Shown one piece after another: positions 10,861 to 22,612 of a DNA stretch of 64,000 nt (the stretch's first letter is position 1; every line of letters starts with the position of its first letter). The DNA lies in NCBI GenBank assembly GCA_045605805.1, contig JAZUQR010000027.1, positions 160,001-224,000 of the forward strand, written 5' to 3'. The notes under the pieces were generated by a model that was given only the letters and a program-made list of their open reading frames with translations, made no database searches and was not told the origin of the DNA. The translations under genes were made by a program, and so were the position numbers. Source of the stretch: Alphaproteobacteria bacterium. Lineage in GTDB: Bacteria > Pseudomonadota > Alphaproteobacteria > CAAHEQ01 > UBA3637.

Positions 10861-12363
10861 CTACTCCCTAAACATTGGTAAACCACGTTCCATGCGTGTT
10901 TTTTGTTGTTCCATAAATGTCGCCAAATTGATATTGGCATCCCGAATAGCCATTCGCATTTGGTCGGCCGCCTGAGCATTTGGATTGGCAAAAGCCGATT
11001 GATAAACCAATTTTAATTTGGTTGTCCCTTCCAAGCGTTGATGTACCACACCCAAAATACCCCGAGCCAACAAATCCGCCACAAGGCTGTTATCCAACCC
11101 TGTTGAGGCCGCATATTTAATAATAGAGTTCAAAGCATCTTCCACCCCATTGGCGTGGATGGTAGATAAAACCAAGTGTCCGGAAGTAGCCGCCACCAAA
11201 CATTGGCTGGCCGTTTCGGGGGTTCGGATTTCACCCACTAAAATATAACGTGGTTTAGAACGCAAAGCCGAACGCAAGCCGGCCCCCCATTGGTCATTTT
11301 CAACCGGCACTTGTTTGCAAAGACCTAATCCGCCATTTTTGGAATGATACACGCCCGATAAAGGCATTTCAGGGGGATCTTCAATGGTGTATAAAAAGCC
11401 GCCATCCGTATCCAAAAAGCGTTTCATCAAAGCCGAAACGGTGGTGGTTTTACCTTGTCCTGTCGGTCCGGCAAAAAGCAACAATCCCGAAGAACGGCTT
11501 AAACTTGTCAAATGTTTCACAACCGATGGAGCAAACCCCAAAGTTTCAATTTCGGGCGTTGTGGTCGGCATTTTACGACAGTTATATTGTAACCCATCGG
11601 CCGTATTCACCCGCTCCACACGATAGGAATCACCGGCAAAACGCACGGCATAACTGGACATCCCCGTAAAACCTTGCTCCAAAACCGTATGAAACTCATC
11701 CAAATCATCTGTTTCAATGGGCGTTAAAGCAAAACGAGTATCCTTATCCCGTACATAGGCCACCCCTTCTGGTGTGAACCAAATATCCGCAAAATCAACA
11801 TTATGTAACGAATCCCCACGCACCGTTTTAATTTCATGAATCACATCTTTTTCAAAATGTTCCTTAAATTCAATGGACGACTTGGGGGCAACAGGGGTCA
11901 CTGAATCAACAGGTGTTTCGTCCGAAGGGATAAAGACTTTGGCATTTTCCACTTTCTGTGGAGCCTCTGTTTTCAAAAACGAAGGCGGTTCTGGCGGATT
12001 TTCCACCTTATTCTCTGGCAACTCATCCATAGGTAAAGCTGTTTCTGGATTTTCTTCTTCATCCGGCAAATCAGCCAAATCCAGCGCACTCTGGCCCGCC
12101 TCCGGCCGAACAACAGAAGGTAATTCATCTGGCAGAATCGGATGATTTGCCATGGGAGGTTTAGCGTTGGGATCAAGCGCATCTGACATCAGTTGTGGCC
12201 GAACTTCCGGCAAAGGATTTTGTTGTACATCAGGCTGTGCAGAAGGCAAAGTCATAGCGGCTGGTTTAGGCATCTCTGTCCTTGGCACAGGTGCCACCGG
12301 CACAGGCGTATTTGGATTTTCCGAATCTTCCGGCGGACGACCATGTAAAAAGCGTTCAAACAT
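10861..12363 (-). CDS. PilT/VirB11-superfamily secretion or pilus ATPase with long Pro/Glu-rich N-terminal extension
   Basis: Walker A GPTGQGKTT, TIEDPPE Asp box, ILVGEIR, SGHLVLSTIHA His box; GAGGAGG RBS. Confidence 0.88.
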   Translation of the reverse strand: MFERFLHGRPPEDSENPNTPVPVAPVPRTEMPKPAAMTLPSAQPDVQQNPLPEVRPQLMSDALDPNAKPPMANHPILPDELPSVVRPEAGQSALDLADLPDEEENPETALPMDELPENKVENPPEPPSFLKTEAPQKVENAKVFIPSDETPVDSVTPVAPKSSIEFKEHFEKDVIHEIKTVRGDSLHNVDFADIWFTPEGVAYVRDKDTRFALTPIETDDLDEFHTVLEQGFTGMSSYAVRFAGDSYRVERVNTADGLQYNCRKMPTTTPEIETLGFAPSVVKHLTSLSRSSGLLLFAGPTGQGKTTTVSALMKRFLDTDGGFLYTIEDPPEMPLSGVYHSKNGGLGLCKQVPVENDQWGAGLRSALRSKPRYILVGEIRTPETASQCLVAATSGHLVLSTIHANGVEDALNSIIKYAASTGLDNSLVADLLARGILGVVHQRLEGTTKLKLVYQSAFANPNAQAADQMRMAIRDANINLATFMEQQKTRMERGLPMFRE

Positions 12364-12481
12364 AAAAAAACCTCCTCTTTTACTCTATCATGAACTTTTT
12401 TCCACACTTTTGCAAGTTTTTTCTTTTGGATAATATTTTTTTTAGGCAACCACCCACAACCTCTTGTCATAAAATAAAAAC

Positions 12482-12510
12482 TTGATTTTTTTCAAAAAGT
12501 AATGTATAAT
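12482..12510 (+). promoter_or_regulatory. sigma70 promoter of rpsO
   Basis: TTGATT-N17-TATAAT. Confidence 0.7.
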
Positions 12511-12532
12511 ATATCTCGTTATTTTTAATGAA

Positions 12533-12581
12533 AACAGTGTTGACCTAACTGAACGATATCTCGGTGTGTGCCAATTCTGTT
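12533..12581 (+). ncRNA. Probable S15-binding rpsO leader (alphaproteobacterial type)
   Basis: AACAG...CTGTT outer stem around an ACTGA-ACGATATC-TCGGT hairpin, between promoter and rpsO; resembles the alpha S15 leader motif as recalled. Confidence 0.6.
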
Positions 12582-12622
12582 GGAAAAAATAACAACGAAT
12601 AAAACAAATGAAAGGAAAAAAG

Positions 12623-12892
12623 ATGTCGTTAACAAAAGAAGCAAAACAAAAATTGATTGCTGACTTCGCCACAACAAAAGGCGATACAGGTTCACCGGAT
12701 GTGCAAATTGCTGTATTGACAGAAAAGATTGCCGCCTTGGCTGAACACATGAAAACACACGCCAAAGACTTTCACTCCCGTCGTGGTTTGAATGCCATGG
12801 TGACACGTCGTCGCCAATTGTTGGCTTATGTTAAAAAGCAAGATAAATCTCGCTATGAAGATTTAATTGCCCGCTTGAAATTGCGTAAATAA
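12623..12892 (+). CDS. rpsO: 30S ribosomal protein S15
   Basis: [23 protein letters not shown]; ATG 12623 after AAGGA. Confidence 0.98.
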   Translation: MSLTKEAKQKLIADFATTKGDTGSPDVQIAVLTEKIAALAEHMKTHAKDFHSRRGLNAMVTRRRQLLAYVKKQDKSRYEDLIARLKLRK

Positions 12893-12899
12893 TTTCACA

Positions 12900-12930
12900 G
12901 CAAGGGGTGTCAAGGGATGCCCCTTGCCTT
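12900..12930 (+). terminator. Hairpin between rpsO and pnp (terminator or processing stem)
   Basis: GCAAGGGGTGTC-AAGG-GATGCCCCTTGC with a short T run. Confidence 0.6.
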
Positions 12931-12962
12931 TGTATGTATGAATGATGAAGAAAGGAAAAAAG

Positions 12963-15140
12963 ATGTCAATTTTTACAACATATAAAAAAGAAATGACATG
13001 GGGCGGAAAACCCTTGTCCATTGAAACAGGTAAAATCGGCCGTCAAGCCGACGGTTCTGTCATCGTCCGTTATGCAGATACAGTGATTCATGCAACTGTG
13101 TGTGCCTCTAAAAAAACACCGGACACATTTGAAGATTTCATTCCATTGACCGTCAACTATCAAGAAAAAACCTATTCTGCCGGTCAAATTCCTGGGGGAT
13201 TTTTTAAGCGTGAAGGAAAACCAAGTGAACACGAAGTGTTGGTCAGCCGTTTGATTGACCGTCCTATCCGTCCTTTGTTTGTCAAGGGCTTTAATAATGA
13301 AACACAAGTTGTTTGCACATTGATTTCTTATGACAAAAAAACCCAAGCCGATATCGTTGCCATGATTGCGGCTTCTGCGGCCATCACAATTTCCGGCTTG
13401 CCATTTTTGGGGCCAATTGCTGGCGCACGGGTGGGTTATATTGATGGTCAATATGTGTTAAACCCAGATATTCAACAAATGAAGAACACCGATTTGGACT
13501 TGGTTGTTGCCGGTACCAAAGAAGGGGTGTTGATGGTTGAATCCGAAGCCCAAGAATTGTCCGAAGAAGTAATGTTGGGTGCTGTGGAGTTTGGTCATGA
13601 AAGTTTGAAACCTGTGATTGATTTGATTATTGCCTTGGCCGAAGAATGTGCCAAAGACCCATGGGAAGTTCAATCCGAACCGGCTGAATACGAAACAGTC
13701 CGCACACAAATCAAAACAAGTTTGGGTGATAAAATCGCAGCCGCCTATCAAATTCACAATAAATTGGAACGCCAAAACACATTGGATGCCATTCGTGAAG
13801 AAGCCAAAGCCTTGTTTGAAGGCAAAGAAGTAGAATTATCCATCTATGAAAAAGTGTTTCATGAATTAGAAGCCAGAACAGTGCGTGATTCCATCTTGGC
13901 TGGTAATCCTCGTATTGATGGGCGTGACACAAAAACCGTTCGTGTGATTGAAACCGAAGTCGGTTTGTTGCCAAAAGCCCATGGTTCTGCCTTGTTCACA
14001 CGGGGTGAAACACAAGCCATGGTTGTCACAACATTAGGCACAGAAGATGACGAACAAATCATTGATTCGTTGGATGGTGAAACCTCTGAAAGTTTTATGT
14101 TGCACTATAACTTCCCGCCTTATTCTGTGGGTGAAGTGGGCCGTCTTGGCTCTCCGGGCCGTCGTGAAATCGGCCATGGAAAATTGGCATGGCGTGCCAT
14201 CCACCCAATGTTGCCGAACAAAGAACAATTCCCTTACACAATTCGTGTTGTGTCTGATATTATGGAATCTAACGGGTCTTCCTCTATGGCAACAGTTTGT
14301 GGTTCAACCTTGTCCTTGATGGATGCGGGTGTCCCAATGAAAAAACCTGTGGCAGGGATTGCAATGGGTTTAATCAAAGAAGGCGAAAAGTTTGCCGTTT
14401 TAACCGACATTTTGGGTGATGAAGATCACTTAGGCGATATGGATTTCAAAGTGGCCGGCACAAAAGACGGTGTCACCGCCTTGCAAATGGATATTAAAAT
14501 CACATCCATTACAAAAGAAATCATGGCAATTGCCTTGCAACAAGCCCACGAAGGCCGGATGCATATTTTGGGCAAGATGGCCGAATCTATCGCTGAACCT
14601 CGTGCTGAAATAAGCCCGAATGCCCCACGCATCCAATCTTTCCAAATTGATAAAGAAAAGATTCGTGAAGTCATCGGTTCTGGTGGAAAAACCATTCGTG
14701 AAATCACCGAAAAAACAGGCGCAACAATCAACATTTCTGAGGAAGGGATTGTGTCTGTGGCCGCCGTGGATGGCATTGCCGGTCAAGCCGCCATTGATTG
14801 GATTAAAGGCATTGTCGCCGAACCTGAAAAGGGCCAAGTCTATGATGGAACAGTTGTCAAGATTATGGAATTCGGTGCCTTTGTGAACTTTATGCCAAAT
14901 CGTGACGGATTGGTCCATGTGTCCGAAATCAAACCGGAACGTGTGGAAAAAGTGACCGATGTGTTGCATGAAGGAGATAAAGTCAAAGTCTTGTGTCAAG
15001 GAACAGACAATCGTGGAAAAATCAAACTGTCCATGAAACGTGTGAACCAAGAAACAGGCGAATTGATTGAATTACCTGAAAAGAAAAAACACACAGACGG
15101 TGAATCAGAAGAAAAACCAACTGAAACACCTGCCGAATAA
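12963..15140 (+). CDS. pnp: Polyribonucleotide nucleotidyltransferase
   Basis: Two RNase PH domains, [18 protein letters not shown] and S1 domains. Confidence 0.98.
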   Translation: MSIFTTYKKEMTWGGKPLSIETGKIGRQADGSVIVRYADTVIHATVCASKKTPDTFEDFIPLTVNYQEKTYSAGQIPGGFFKREGKPSEHEVLVSRLIDRPIRPLFVKGFNNETQVVCTLISYDKKTQADIVAMIAASAAITISGLPFLGPIAGARVGYIDGQYVLNPDIQQMKNTDLDLVVAGTKEGVLMVESEAQELSEEVMLGAVEFGHESLKPVIDLIIALAEECAKDPWEVQSEPAEYETVRTQIKTSLGDKIAAAYQIHNKLERQNTLDAIREEAKALFEGKEVELSIYEKVFHELEARTVRDSILAGNPRIDGRDTKTVRVIETEVGLLPKAHGSALFTRGETQAMVVTTLGTEDDEQIIDSLDGETSESFMLHYNFPPYSVGEVGRLGSPGRREIGHGKLAWRAIHPMLPNKEQFPYTIRVVSDIMESNGSSSMATVCGSTLSLMDAGVPMKKPVAGIAMGLIKEGEKFAVLTDILGDEDHLGDMDFKVAGTKDGVTALQMDIKITSITKEIMAIALQQAHEGRMHILGKMAESIAEPRAEISPNAPRIQSFQIDKEKIREVIGSGGKTIREITEKTGATINISEEGIVSVAAVDGIAGQAAIDWIKGIVAEPEKGQVYDGTVVKIMEFGAFVNFMPNRDGLVHVSEIKPERVEKVTDVLHEGDKVKVLCQGTDNRGKIKLSMKRVNQETGELIELPEKKKHTDGESEEKPTETPAE

Positions 15141-15152
15141 AAACAGGCAAAG

Positions 15153-15186
15153 AAAACACCCCGCCCAAAAGGTGGGGTGTTTTTTT
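15153..15186. terminator. Bidirectional intrinsic terminator between pnp and truB
   Basis: AAAACACCCCGCC-CAAAA-GGTGGGGTGTTTTTTT between convergent genes. Confidence 0.85.
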
Positions 15187-15199
15187 GAATCTTCCAAAC

Positions 15200-16099
15200 C
15201 TACCAAATAAATAAAGGACGCAAAACCAAATTGTCTTTTTGAACCAAACCACACACCACACCATCCGTTTGAACTTTCACCACACCTGTGGATAAAGTTA
15301 TCTTCTGTGGTAAAGATAATTTATTCATACTCAACCGCTGGCCACAAGAAAGCCGATAAAGCTCGTCTGTGGATAAAAATAAACAGGGCATCGGTGGCAA
15401 CACTGTTTCCATGGATATCAACGGTAAATTATCCAAACAAACAGCCCCCGATTTAATTTGTTCAACCGTCACAGCCATAGATAAATCAAACGGCAAACAA
15501 ACGGTTCGTCTTAAAAAAGTCACAACGCCAACTGTTCCCAAAGCATGGGCTATATCATGGGCCAAAGAACGCACATAAGTCCCCTTACTGCATACCACTT
15601 CAAAAGTGGCTTGTTCGGTTTGAAAATCAATCAACTTTAATGAATAAATAAACACAGGACGAGCCACCAAATGCACTTCCTTTCCTGCTCTGGCCAAATC
15701 ATAGGCCCTTTGTCCATTCACACGCAAAGCCGAAAAGATATTAGGGGTTTGCATGATCTGACCGTTAAAACGCCCTAAAACAGCCTCTACGGCCTCTTTG
15801 GAAGGGCGCACCTCGCTGTGATCAACCACATCTCCACCTAAATCATCCGAAGCCGTTTCCACGCCCCATTGAATCGTAAAACGATAGGTTTTTTGTCCCT
15901 CCATCACATAAGAAATTAAACGGGTTGCCTTTCCAAAAGCAATAGGCAAAACACCGCTTGCCAAAGGGTCCAAAGTACCGGCATGTCCAATTTTTTCGGG
16001 ATGAAAATATCTTTTCAACAAAGAAACAACTTGTGTAGAACCCATTTCATAGGGCTTATCTACCACCAAAAAACCGTTTATCTTATTCTTCTGATTCAA
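15200..16099 (-). CDS. truB: tRNA pseudouridine(55) synthase
   Basis: KIGHAGTLDPLASGVL, CSKGTYVRSL. Confidence 0.97.
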   Translation of the reverse strand: MNQKNKINGFLVVDKPYEMGSTQVVSLLKRYFHPEKIGHAGTLDPLASGVLPIAFGKATRLISYVMEGQKTYRFTIQWGVETASDDLGGDVVDHSEVRPSKEAVEAVLGRFNGQIMQTPNIFSALRVNGQRAYDLARAGKEVHLVARPVFIYSLKLIDFQTEQATFEVVCSKGTYVRSLAHDIAHALGTVGVVTFLRRTVCLPFDLSMAVTVEQIKSGAVCLDNLPLISMETVLPPMPCLFLSTDELYRLSCGQRLSMNKLSLPQKITLSTGVVKVQTDGVVCGLVQKDNLVLRPLFIW

Positions 16100-16469
16100 T
16101 GTCAGCCTTTACTTTTGGAGAGTTAAGAAGCTGTTCAATGCGTTCAGCCTGTTCCATACGAGTATCAACCACAAAATCCAACTCTGGCACAATCCTCAAA
16201 CGAATCTGTCGGCCAATTTCCTTTCTGAAAATCCCCTTATGAGCCTTTAACAAAGCCACCTGCTCGGCCGTATCAACGGGAGGAATAGCCCGCACATAAA
16301 GACGAGCAAAAGATAAATCTGGCGAAATATCCACTTCCGTCAACATAATATACGAAGCCTTCAAGCCTGTAATAAAGAAATTATTGTGAATCAATAAAGT
16401 GGCCAACACATGTTGGATTTCTTCCGCAACACGCAATTGCCGTTGACTGGGTGCTTTTTTTCCACGCAT
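16083..16469 (-). CDS. rbfA: Ribosome-binding factor A
   Basis: SQRQLRVAEEI, SPDL, LRIVPELxF; follows infB. Confidence 0.93.
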   Translation of the reverse strand: MRGKKAPSQRQLRVAEEIQHVLATLLIHNNFFITGLKASYIMLTEVDISPDLSFARLYVRAIPPVDTAEQVALLKAHKGIFRKEIGRQIRLRIVPELDFVVDTRMEQAERIEQLLNSPKVKADIESEE

Positions 16470-16479
16470 CACATTCTCC

Positions 16480-18882
16480 TTAGTTTGCCACAAACTTCAC
16501 CGCAGTTTGTTCCATTTCAAAACATTCCACAATGTCGCCTTCTTTAATATCATCAAACTTGGCCAACTTCACACCGCATTCAAAAGATTCTTTCACCTCA
16601 CGGACATCATCTTTAATGCGTTTCAATTGTTCCAAATCACCGGTATAAATCACCGTATCATCACGCAGCAAGCGCACCTTTGCCCCCCGTTTGATAATAC
16701 CTTCTGTCACCATACAACCGGCAATTTTACCCACTTTGGAAATAGAAATAACCTGACGAATTTCGGCATAACCCAAAATCTTTTCGTGTTCTTCTGGGGC
16801 AAGCATTCCTTCCACCACATTTTTGATATCATCAGCCACATCATATACAATAGAATAATAACGAATATCCACACCATCCCGTTTGGCAGCGGCCCTTGCC
16901 CCTTGGTTGGCCCGCACATTAAATCCAATCACAATGGCATGACTGGCTCTGGCCAAAGCGATATCTGTTTCATTGATACCCCCCACAGCACTATGTACAA
17001 TATTGACTTTGATTTCATCATTTTTAATTTTGGATAAAATACCAATCAAAGCCTCCACAGAGCCTTGCACATCGGCTTTAATCAACACAGGTACTTCTTT
17101 AATCTGGCCGGCTTTTATTTGGGCCAACAAGCCTTCTGTGCCACCAATATGTTTCACATTTAATAATTCACGAGCCTTGCGTTGACGATAAGCAGAAATA
17201 TCTCTGGCAGTTTGTTCATCATCCACCACAGAAAAATCATCACCGGCCGCTGGCGTACCGTTCAAGCCAATCACTTCCACAGGTTGAGCCGGTTCAGCCG
17301 TCTCCAAAACCTGATTTTTGGCATTACTCATAGAACGCACACGCCCCCATTCTTGACCAACAACGAACAAATCCCCCACATGTAATGTGCCTTTTTTCAC
17401 CAAAATAGTGGCCACAGAACCCCGTCCTTTTTCCATACGGGCTTCCACAACAACCCCTTCGGCAGGGCAATTTTTTGGGGCCTTCAAATCCAACATTTCC
17501 GCCTGCAACAAAATAGCATCAACTAGTTTATCCAAATTGATATGTTTTTTGGCCGAAACTTCCACTTCTAACACATCACCGCCCATAGATTCAACCGCAA
17601 TTTCATGTTGCAATAAATCCAAACGCACACGGTTTGGATCAGCCCCTGGCACATCAATTTTGTTGATGGCCACAATCACAGGCACACCCGCCGCTTTGGC
17701 ATGATGAATGGCTTCAATGGTCTGAGGCATCACACTGTCATTGGCCGCCACAACCAAAATCACAATATCGGTCACCTGCGCCCCTCTGGCACGCATAGCC
17801 GTAAAGGCTTCATGCCCTGGCGTATCAATAAAGGTAATTTTCTTACCGTTTTCCAATTCCACCTGATACGCACCAATATGTTGTGTAATCCCACCCGATT
17901 CCTTGGCCGCCACATTGGTGGAACGCAACGCATCCAAAAGAGAAGTTTTACCATGGTCCACATGGCCCATAACCGTCACCACAGGCGGCCGGAATTCGTG
18001 CTCGGATTCGGGGATTTCATCCCGTTTCAAAATGTTTTCCACATCCGACTCGGCCACACGTTGTTTCACACGATGGCCCATTTCTGTCACAACCAATTCT
18101 GCGGTATCCGCATCAATAGACTGTGTAATCGTCACCATCATCCCTAACTTCATCAAGGTTTTAACAACATCCGCCCCTTTTTCGGCCATACGAGAAGCCA
18201 ATTCCTGAACCGTAATAGTTTCCGGAATAATCACATCATGAATCACCTTTTCTGCCGGCCCCTTTTGGGCATTCAAAAACTTTTGATATTGTTTTTCTCT
18301 GGCTCGTTTAATAGAGGCCAAAGAACGGCGGTGATGATGTGGCCCGCTTTCACCATCTCCTTCTTCATCATCCGAAGTGTATTGCTTGTACGCATTCAGA
18401 TTCATCTTATTGGCCCGTTTAGCTTCAAAAGCACCTTGAGAACGATTCATAGATTGTTCTAATTCTTTTTGCTTTTTGGCGGCTAAAATCTCGTTCACAT
18501 CCTTCTTTTTTGATTCAGTAAAGGTTTTGGGTTTAGAAGGTACTTGTGCTTCAACAGCTGTCACCGCTGCCACAGGCTGTGTCTGAACAGCGGCTTCTTC
18601 TGCGGCTCTGCGTTCTTGCTCTAAACGCACTTTTTCGGCCTGAGCTTGACGTTCTGCCTCTAATTGTCGGGCGTGTTCCGCCACCCGTTGAGCTTCTTGC
18701 AACAATTTTAATTTTTGGGCCGTATTTTCACTTAAAACGGTTTGTTTTTGTTCTGGTGAGATAACTCTGCGTTGCTTACGCACTTCCACCTGCACACCGG
18801 TACGCACCGAAGTATTTGGGCGCAAAGTCCCCCCCAAAGATAATGTTTTACCTGATAATGTCAATTTTTTATCTTCACTCAT
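16480..18882 (-). CDS. infB: Translation initiation factor IF-2
   Basis: [32 protein letters not shown]. Confidence 0.98.
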   Translation of the reverse strand: MSEDKKLTLSGKTLSLGGTLRPNTSVRTGVQVEVRKQRRVISPEQKQTVLSENTAQKLKLLQEAQRVAEHARQLEAERQAQAEKVRLEQERRAAEEAAVQTQPVAAVTAVEAQVPSKPKTFTESKKKDVNEILAAKKQKELEQSMNRSQGAFEAKRANKMNLNAYKQYTSDDEEGDGESGPHHHRRSLASIKRAREKQYQKFLNAQKGPAEKVIHDVIIPETITVQELASRMAEKGADVVKTLMKLGMMVTITQSIDADTAELVVTEMGHRVKQRVAESDVENILKRDEIPESEHEFRPPVVTVMGHVDHGKTSLLDALRSTNVAAKESGGITQHIGAYQVELENGKKITFIDTPGHEAFTAMRARGAQVTDIVILVVAANDSVMPQTIEAIHHAKAAGVPVIVAINKIDVPGADPNRVRLDLLQHEIAVESMGGDVLEVEVSAKKHINLDKLVDAILLQAEMLDLKAPKNCPAEGVVVEARMEKGRGSVATILVKKGTLHVGDLFVVGQEWGRVRSMSNAKNQVLETAEPAQPVEVIGLNGTPAAGDDFSVVDDEQTARDISAYRQRKARELLNVKHIGGTEGLLAQIKAGQIKEVPVLIKADVQGSVEALIGILSKIKNDEIKVNIVHSAVGGINETDIALARASHAIVIGFNVRANQGARAAAKRDGVDIRYYSIVYDVADDIKNVVEGMLAPEEHEKILGYAEIRQVISISKVGKIAGCMVTEGIIKRGAKVRLLRDDTVIYTGDLEQLKRIKDDVREVKESFECGVKLAKFDDIKEGDIVECFEMEQTAVKFVAN

Positions 18883-19219
18883 GACTGGCTCCTTCTAAAA
18901 AGAGTTTTTGTTTTTCGGGATATCTTTCAAGCATTTGTTCAACCACACACATCAAATCCGTTGGAATATGAACCGTTCCTTTTGCCGCTTTGTAAAAAAG
19001 TTTTTTGTCAATCGCTTGTTCTAAACAGGCTTTATTGGCATGCAACCACATTCCCCGACCGGGCATCACTTCTTTTGCATCAAAACAAACAGTTTGTCCC
19101 GCTCGCCCCACAAAGCGCAACATCTCGGCCCGCGGGGCAGCCGTTTTACAAACAAAACAAGTGCGTGTTCCCACAACTGTTTTGGGATTTGAATTTTTGT
19201 GATTGTGTCTATTCACCAA
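18875..19219 (-). CDS. ylxR: YlxR/DUF448 RNA-binding protein
   Basis: RTCFVC, LRFV, PGRGxW; between nusA and infB; exact start uncertain. Confidence 0.85.
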   Translation of the reverse strand: MVNRHNHKNSNPKTVVGTRTCFVCKTAAPRAEMLRFVGRAGQTVCFDAKEVMPGRGMWLHANKACLEQAIDKKLFYKAAKGTVHIPTDLMCVVEQMLERYPEKQKLFLEGASHE

Positions 19220-20708
19220 ACCAATGCTCCCTTGCTTTCATAATCAAGGCATTCGCATCATCTTCGGACAATTCCGAACCAACAATTTCTTGAAGTTCAT
19301 CACCGGCCAAATCAGCCAAATCATCCAAAGTTTTCACACCTTTTTCACCTAATTTCACCAACATTTCTTGGGTCAATCCCTCAAAACTGGACAAGTCTTC
19401 GGCTAAATCTAATTCTTTAAGTTTAGCAGCCAATTCAGATTCTTTGGCCACCAAATAAGCCTTTGCCCGATTTTGAAGTTCTGTGGCCAAATCCACATCA
19501 AAGCCTTCAATGCCCGCCAATTCATCCAATTCAATATAAGCAATATCTTCCACTTTGGCAAAGCCTTCTTGCACCAACAAATGAGCCATCATATCATCCA
19601 CATCCAAGGCAGACATAAACAAATCCACACGGCCTTTTGTTTCGGCTTGACGATGTTCGGATTCTTGTGCCTCCGTCATCATGTCAATATGCCAACCGGT
19701 CAATTGGCTGACCAAACGGATGTTTTGCCCTCTGCGACCAATAGCCAATGACAGTTGTTCTTCGTTCAAAACAACTTCCACATTTTTGGCTTCTTCATCA
19801 ATCACAATTTTCAACACTTCATTGGGGGCCAAAGCATTGATGATAAATGTGGCCGGATCATTAGACCAAGTCACCACATCAATTTTTTCACCCTGCAATT
19901 CGTTGATAACAGCCTGTACCCGAATCCCACGCATACCGATACAAGCCCCACGAGCATCCAAAGTGGAATCATTTGAATACACAGCAATCTTAGCCCGAGA
20001 ACCTGGGTCACGAGCAACTGCTTTTATATCAATAATACCATCATAGATTTCTGGCACTTCGGCCTTAAATAAAGCGGCTAAGAAATCCGGATGAGAACGG
20101 GTTAAAAACACCTGAGGACCACGCACTTCGTTGCGCACATCCAAAACCAACGCCCGAATGCGATCCCCCACCCGATACATTTCTCTGGGAATCATTTCAT
20201 CACGGCGCAACAAAGCCTCTGTCCGCCCCATTTCCACAATGATATTACCGGCTTCCACCCGTTTCACAACACCATGAACAATTTCGCCTTTTTTATCTTT
20301 CATTTCTTCATATTGTTGGCTGCGTTCAGCCTCACGCACTTTTTGCGTAATCACCTGTTTTGCTGTTTGAGCCGCAATCCGACCAAAGTCCATTGGCGGC
20401 AATTCATCCACAATTTCATCACCGATTTTGGCAAATGGATTGTTTTTGCGGGCTTCTACCAAACTGATTTCCCGAAACTCATCCATCACTTCTTCCACAA
20501 CGGTAATGTATCTGGCCATACTGATAGAACCGTTATTTGGATCAATTGTGGTACGAATATCGTATTCAGGGCCATATTTACTGCGCCCAGCTTTGGAAAT
20601 ACCTTCTTCCATAGCTTTCAAAACAGCGGCTTTTTCAATACCTTTTTCATGGGCCAAAACATCGGCCATTTGAATCAATTCTGGTCTGGGAAGTGTTGCA
20701 TTATGCAT
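19209..20708 (-). CDS. nusA: Transcription termination factor NusA
   Basis: FGRIAAQTAKQVI, ARDPGSRAKIAV, S1/KH domains and acidic repeats. Confidence 0.98.
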   Translation of the reverse strand: MHNATLPRPELIQMADVLAHEKGIEKAAVLKAMEEGISKAGRSKYGPEYDIRTTIDPNNGSISMARYITVVEEVMDEFREISLVEARKNNPFAKIGDEIVDELPPMDFGRIAAQTAKQVITQKVREAERSQQYEEMKDKKGEIVHGVVKRVEAGNIIVEMGRTEALLRRDEMIPREMYRVGDRIRALVLDVRNEVRGPQVFLTRSHPDFLAALFKAEVPEIYDGIIDIKAVARDPGSRAKIAVYSNDSTLDARGACIGMRGIRVQAVINELQGEKIDVVTWSNDPATFIINALAPNEVLKIVIDEEAKNVEVVLNEEQLSLAIGRRGQNIRLVSQLTGWHIDMMTEAQESEHRQAETKGRVDLFMSALDVDDMMAHLLVQEGFAKVEDIAYIELDELAGIEGFDVDLATELQNRAKAYLVAKESELAAKLKELDLAEDLSSFEGLTQEMLVKLGEKGVKTLDDLADLAGDELQEIVGSELSEDDANALIMKAREHWFGE

Positions 20709-21195
20709 GTTGTTTTTTTCCTTTCTTGTTGTCTAATGTTTCATCCTTAAAAGTCAATTTTGCCTTGACAATATCTTCAAAGTCAAAAGTGATATCCTGT
20801 CCTTCAAAATCCATGGTGATTTTGCTGTTTTCCACAGACTTCAAAGTTCCCTTAAATCTTTTACGGCCATCAATATCCCGCATCAATTCCACCTTGGCAT
20901 CTTCACCCAAAAAGCGTTCATAGTCGGCCAATTTTACCAACGGACGATCAATCCCCGGAGAAGAAACTTCCAACACCCAACGGCCATTGAAAGGATCTAC
21001 CACATCTAACAAAGCACTAACTGTATGACTTATTTTTTCACAATCATCCACTGTCATATCCGTGCGATCTGTGCGTTCCGCCATCACTTGAACGGTTTTC
21101 ATATCCCCACCGTTCACCGCCACACGCACAAGATCATATCCCATATCTTGCAACGCAGGCTCAATAGCCTCTTCAATTGTTTGAATCAATTCCAT
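20701..21195 (-). CDS. rimP: Ribosome maturation factor RimP
   Basis: VDDCExIS, LEVSSPGIDRPL. Confidence 0.96.
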   Translation of the reverse strand: MELIQTIEEAIEPALQDMGYDLVRVAVNGGDMKTVQVMAERTDRTDMTVDDCEKISHTVSALLDVVDPFNGRWVLEVSSPGIDRPLVKLADYERFLGEDAKVELMRDIDGRKRFKGTLKSVENSKITMDFEGQDITFDFEDIVKAKLTFKDETLDNKKGKKQHA

Positions 21196-21316
21196 TTTTT
21201 CTCCTTGTAAAGTTTAAGTGGAGCTCTTTTGAAGCCCCACCCGTTTGTTATCATCTCAGGAAGTATGTAAAGATTATAATCAATTTTTTTTGATTTGTCA
21301 ACAACTTTTTATCAAA

Positions 21317-22039
21317 CTAAACCACACCACCAAATCGTCTTTGACGACGAGCAAAAGATTCCAAAGCCAAATCCAAATCCTGTTCATTAAAATCTGGCCA
21401 ATAAATCGGGGTAAAATAAAGTTCAGCATAGGCAATTTCCCATAACAAAAAATTGCTAACCCGTTGCTCACCACTTGTCCGAATCACTAAATCTGGATAA
21501 GGAAGGTCATGCGTAGACAAAGCCTCATTGATAATTTTTTCGTCAATAGCAGAAATCATATATTTTCTGTCCATCACATCCAAAGCAATCCGCTTGATGG
21601 CCGTAATGATATCATCCCGAGCCCCATATGAAAGAGCTAATATCACATGAAAATCATGATATTCAGAAGTCTCTCTTTCTACTTCATTCATCCGATCCTG
21701 CATATCTTCTGGAAAACGAGTTCGGTCACCAATAAAAGAAACACGCACCTTTTTCTTTTGAAGTTCCGCCACATCTTCTTTAAGGTATTTTCTAAATAAA
21801 TCCATTAAAACTTTCACTTCCTCTTTTGGGCGTTTCCAATTTTCGGAAGAAAAAGCATATAAGGTCACATATTTGACCCCTCGTTCCTTGGCATGTTCCA
21901 AAATCACACGCACATTTTCGGCCCCTTTACGATGCCCTTCCGAACGAGGTAAGCCCTGTTCCGAAGCCCAGCGACCGTTGCCATCCATAATAATAGCAAT
22001 ATGTTGAGGGATAGTATCAGATTCAACCACAGACGACAT
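21317..22039 (-). CDS. uppS: Undecaprenyl diphosphate synthase
   Basis: HIAIIMDGNGRWA, FSSENWKRP, IRTSGEQRVSNFLLW. Confidence 0.97.
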   Translation of the reverse strand: MSSVVESDTIPQHIAIIMDGNGRWASEQGLPRSEGHRKGAENVRVILEHAKERGVKYVTLYAFSSENWKRPKEEVKVLMDLFRKYLKEDVAELQKKKVRVSFIGDRTRFPEDMQDRMNEVERETSEYHDFHVILALSYGARDDIITAIKRIALDVMDRKYMISAIDEKIINEALSTHDLPYPDLVIRTSGEQRVSNFLLWEIAYAELYFTPIYWPDFNEQDLDLALESFARRQRRFGGVV

Positions 22040-22040
22040 T

Positions 22041-22595
22041 TTACACTTGTTTAATTTCAGCTTCTTTATTTTTCAAATCTTCGTCCAATTTGGCAATCGT
22101 TTTGTCTGTCAAATCTTGCACTTCTTTTTCATGACGCTTGAAATCATCTTCCGACAAAGAATCTTTAATCGCTTTCAAAGCATCCAAGGCCTCACGACGA
22201 TAGTTGCGCACAGACACACGCACTTCTTCTGTAAAACGAGCAGCAATTTTTACCAATTCCAAACGTCTTTCTTCCGACAAGGGAGGAATCGGTAAACGAA
22301 TCATTTGCCCATCATTCATGGGATTCAGCCCCAAATTGGCTTCTACAATGGCTTTTTCAACTGCTTTAATCAAGCCTTTATCCCAAACGGAAACGGTCAG
22401 CATGCGAGCTTCCGGCACGCTGACATTTCCCACTTGGTTCAAAGGAACCACAGAACCATAGGCTTCCACCATTAAACCATCCAACAAAGCTGTGGAAGCA
22501 CGCCCCGTACGCAAACCGGAAAACTCTTTTTTCAAAGCCTCTTCCGCTTTGGCCATATTTGTTTGCATTTCAGATTTAATTACATCCCAAGTCAT
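22041..22595 (-). CDS. frr: Ribosome recycling factor
   Basis: [15 protein letters not shown]. Confidence 0.97.
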   Translation of the reverse strand: MTWDVIKSEMQTNMAKAEEALKKEFSGLRTGRASTALLDGLMVEAYGSVVPLNQVGNVSVPEARMLTVSVWDKGLIKAVEKAIVEANLGLNPMNDGQMIRLPIPPLSEERRLELVKIAARFTEEVRVSVRNYRREALDALKAIKDSLSEDDFKRHEKEVQDLTDKTIAKLDEDLKNKEAEIKQV

Positions 22596-22612
22596 GTGAT
22601 TCCTTTCTTTAA

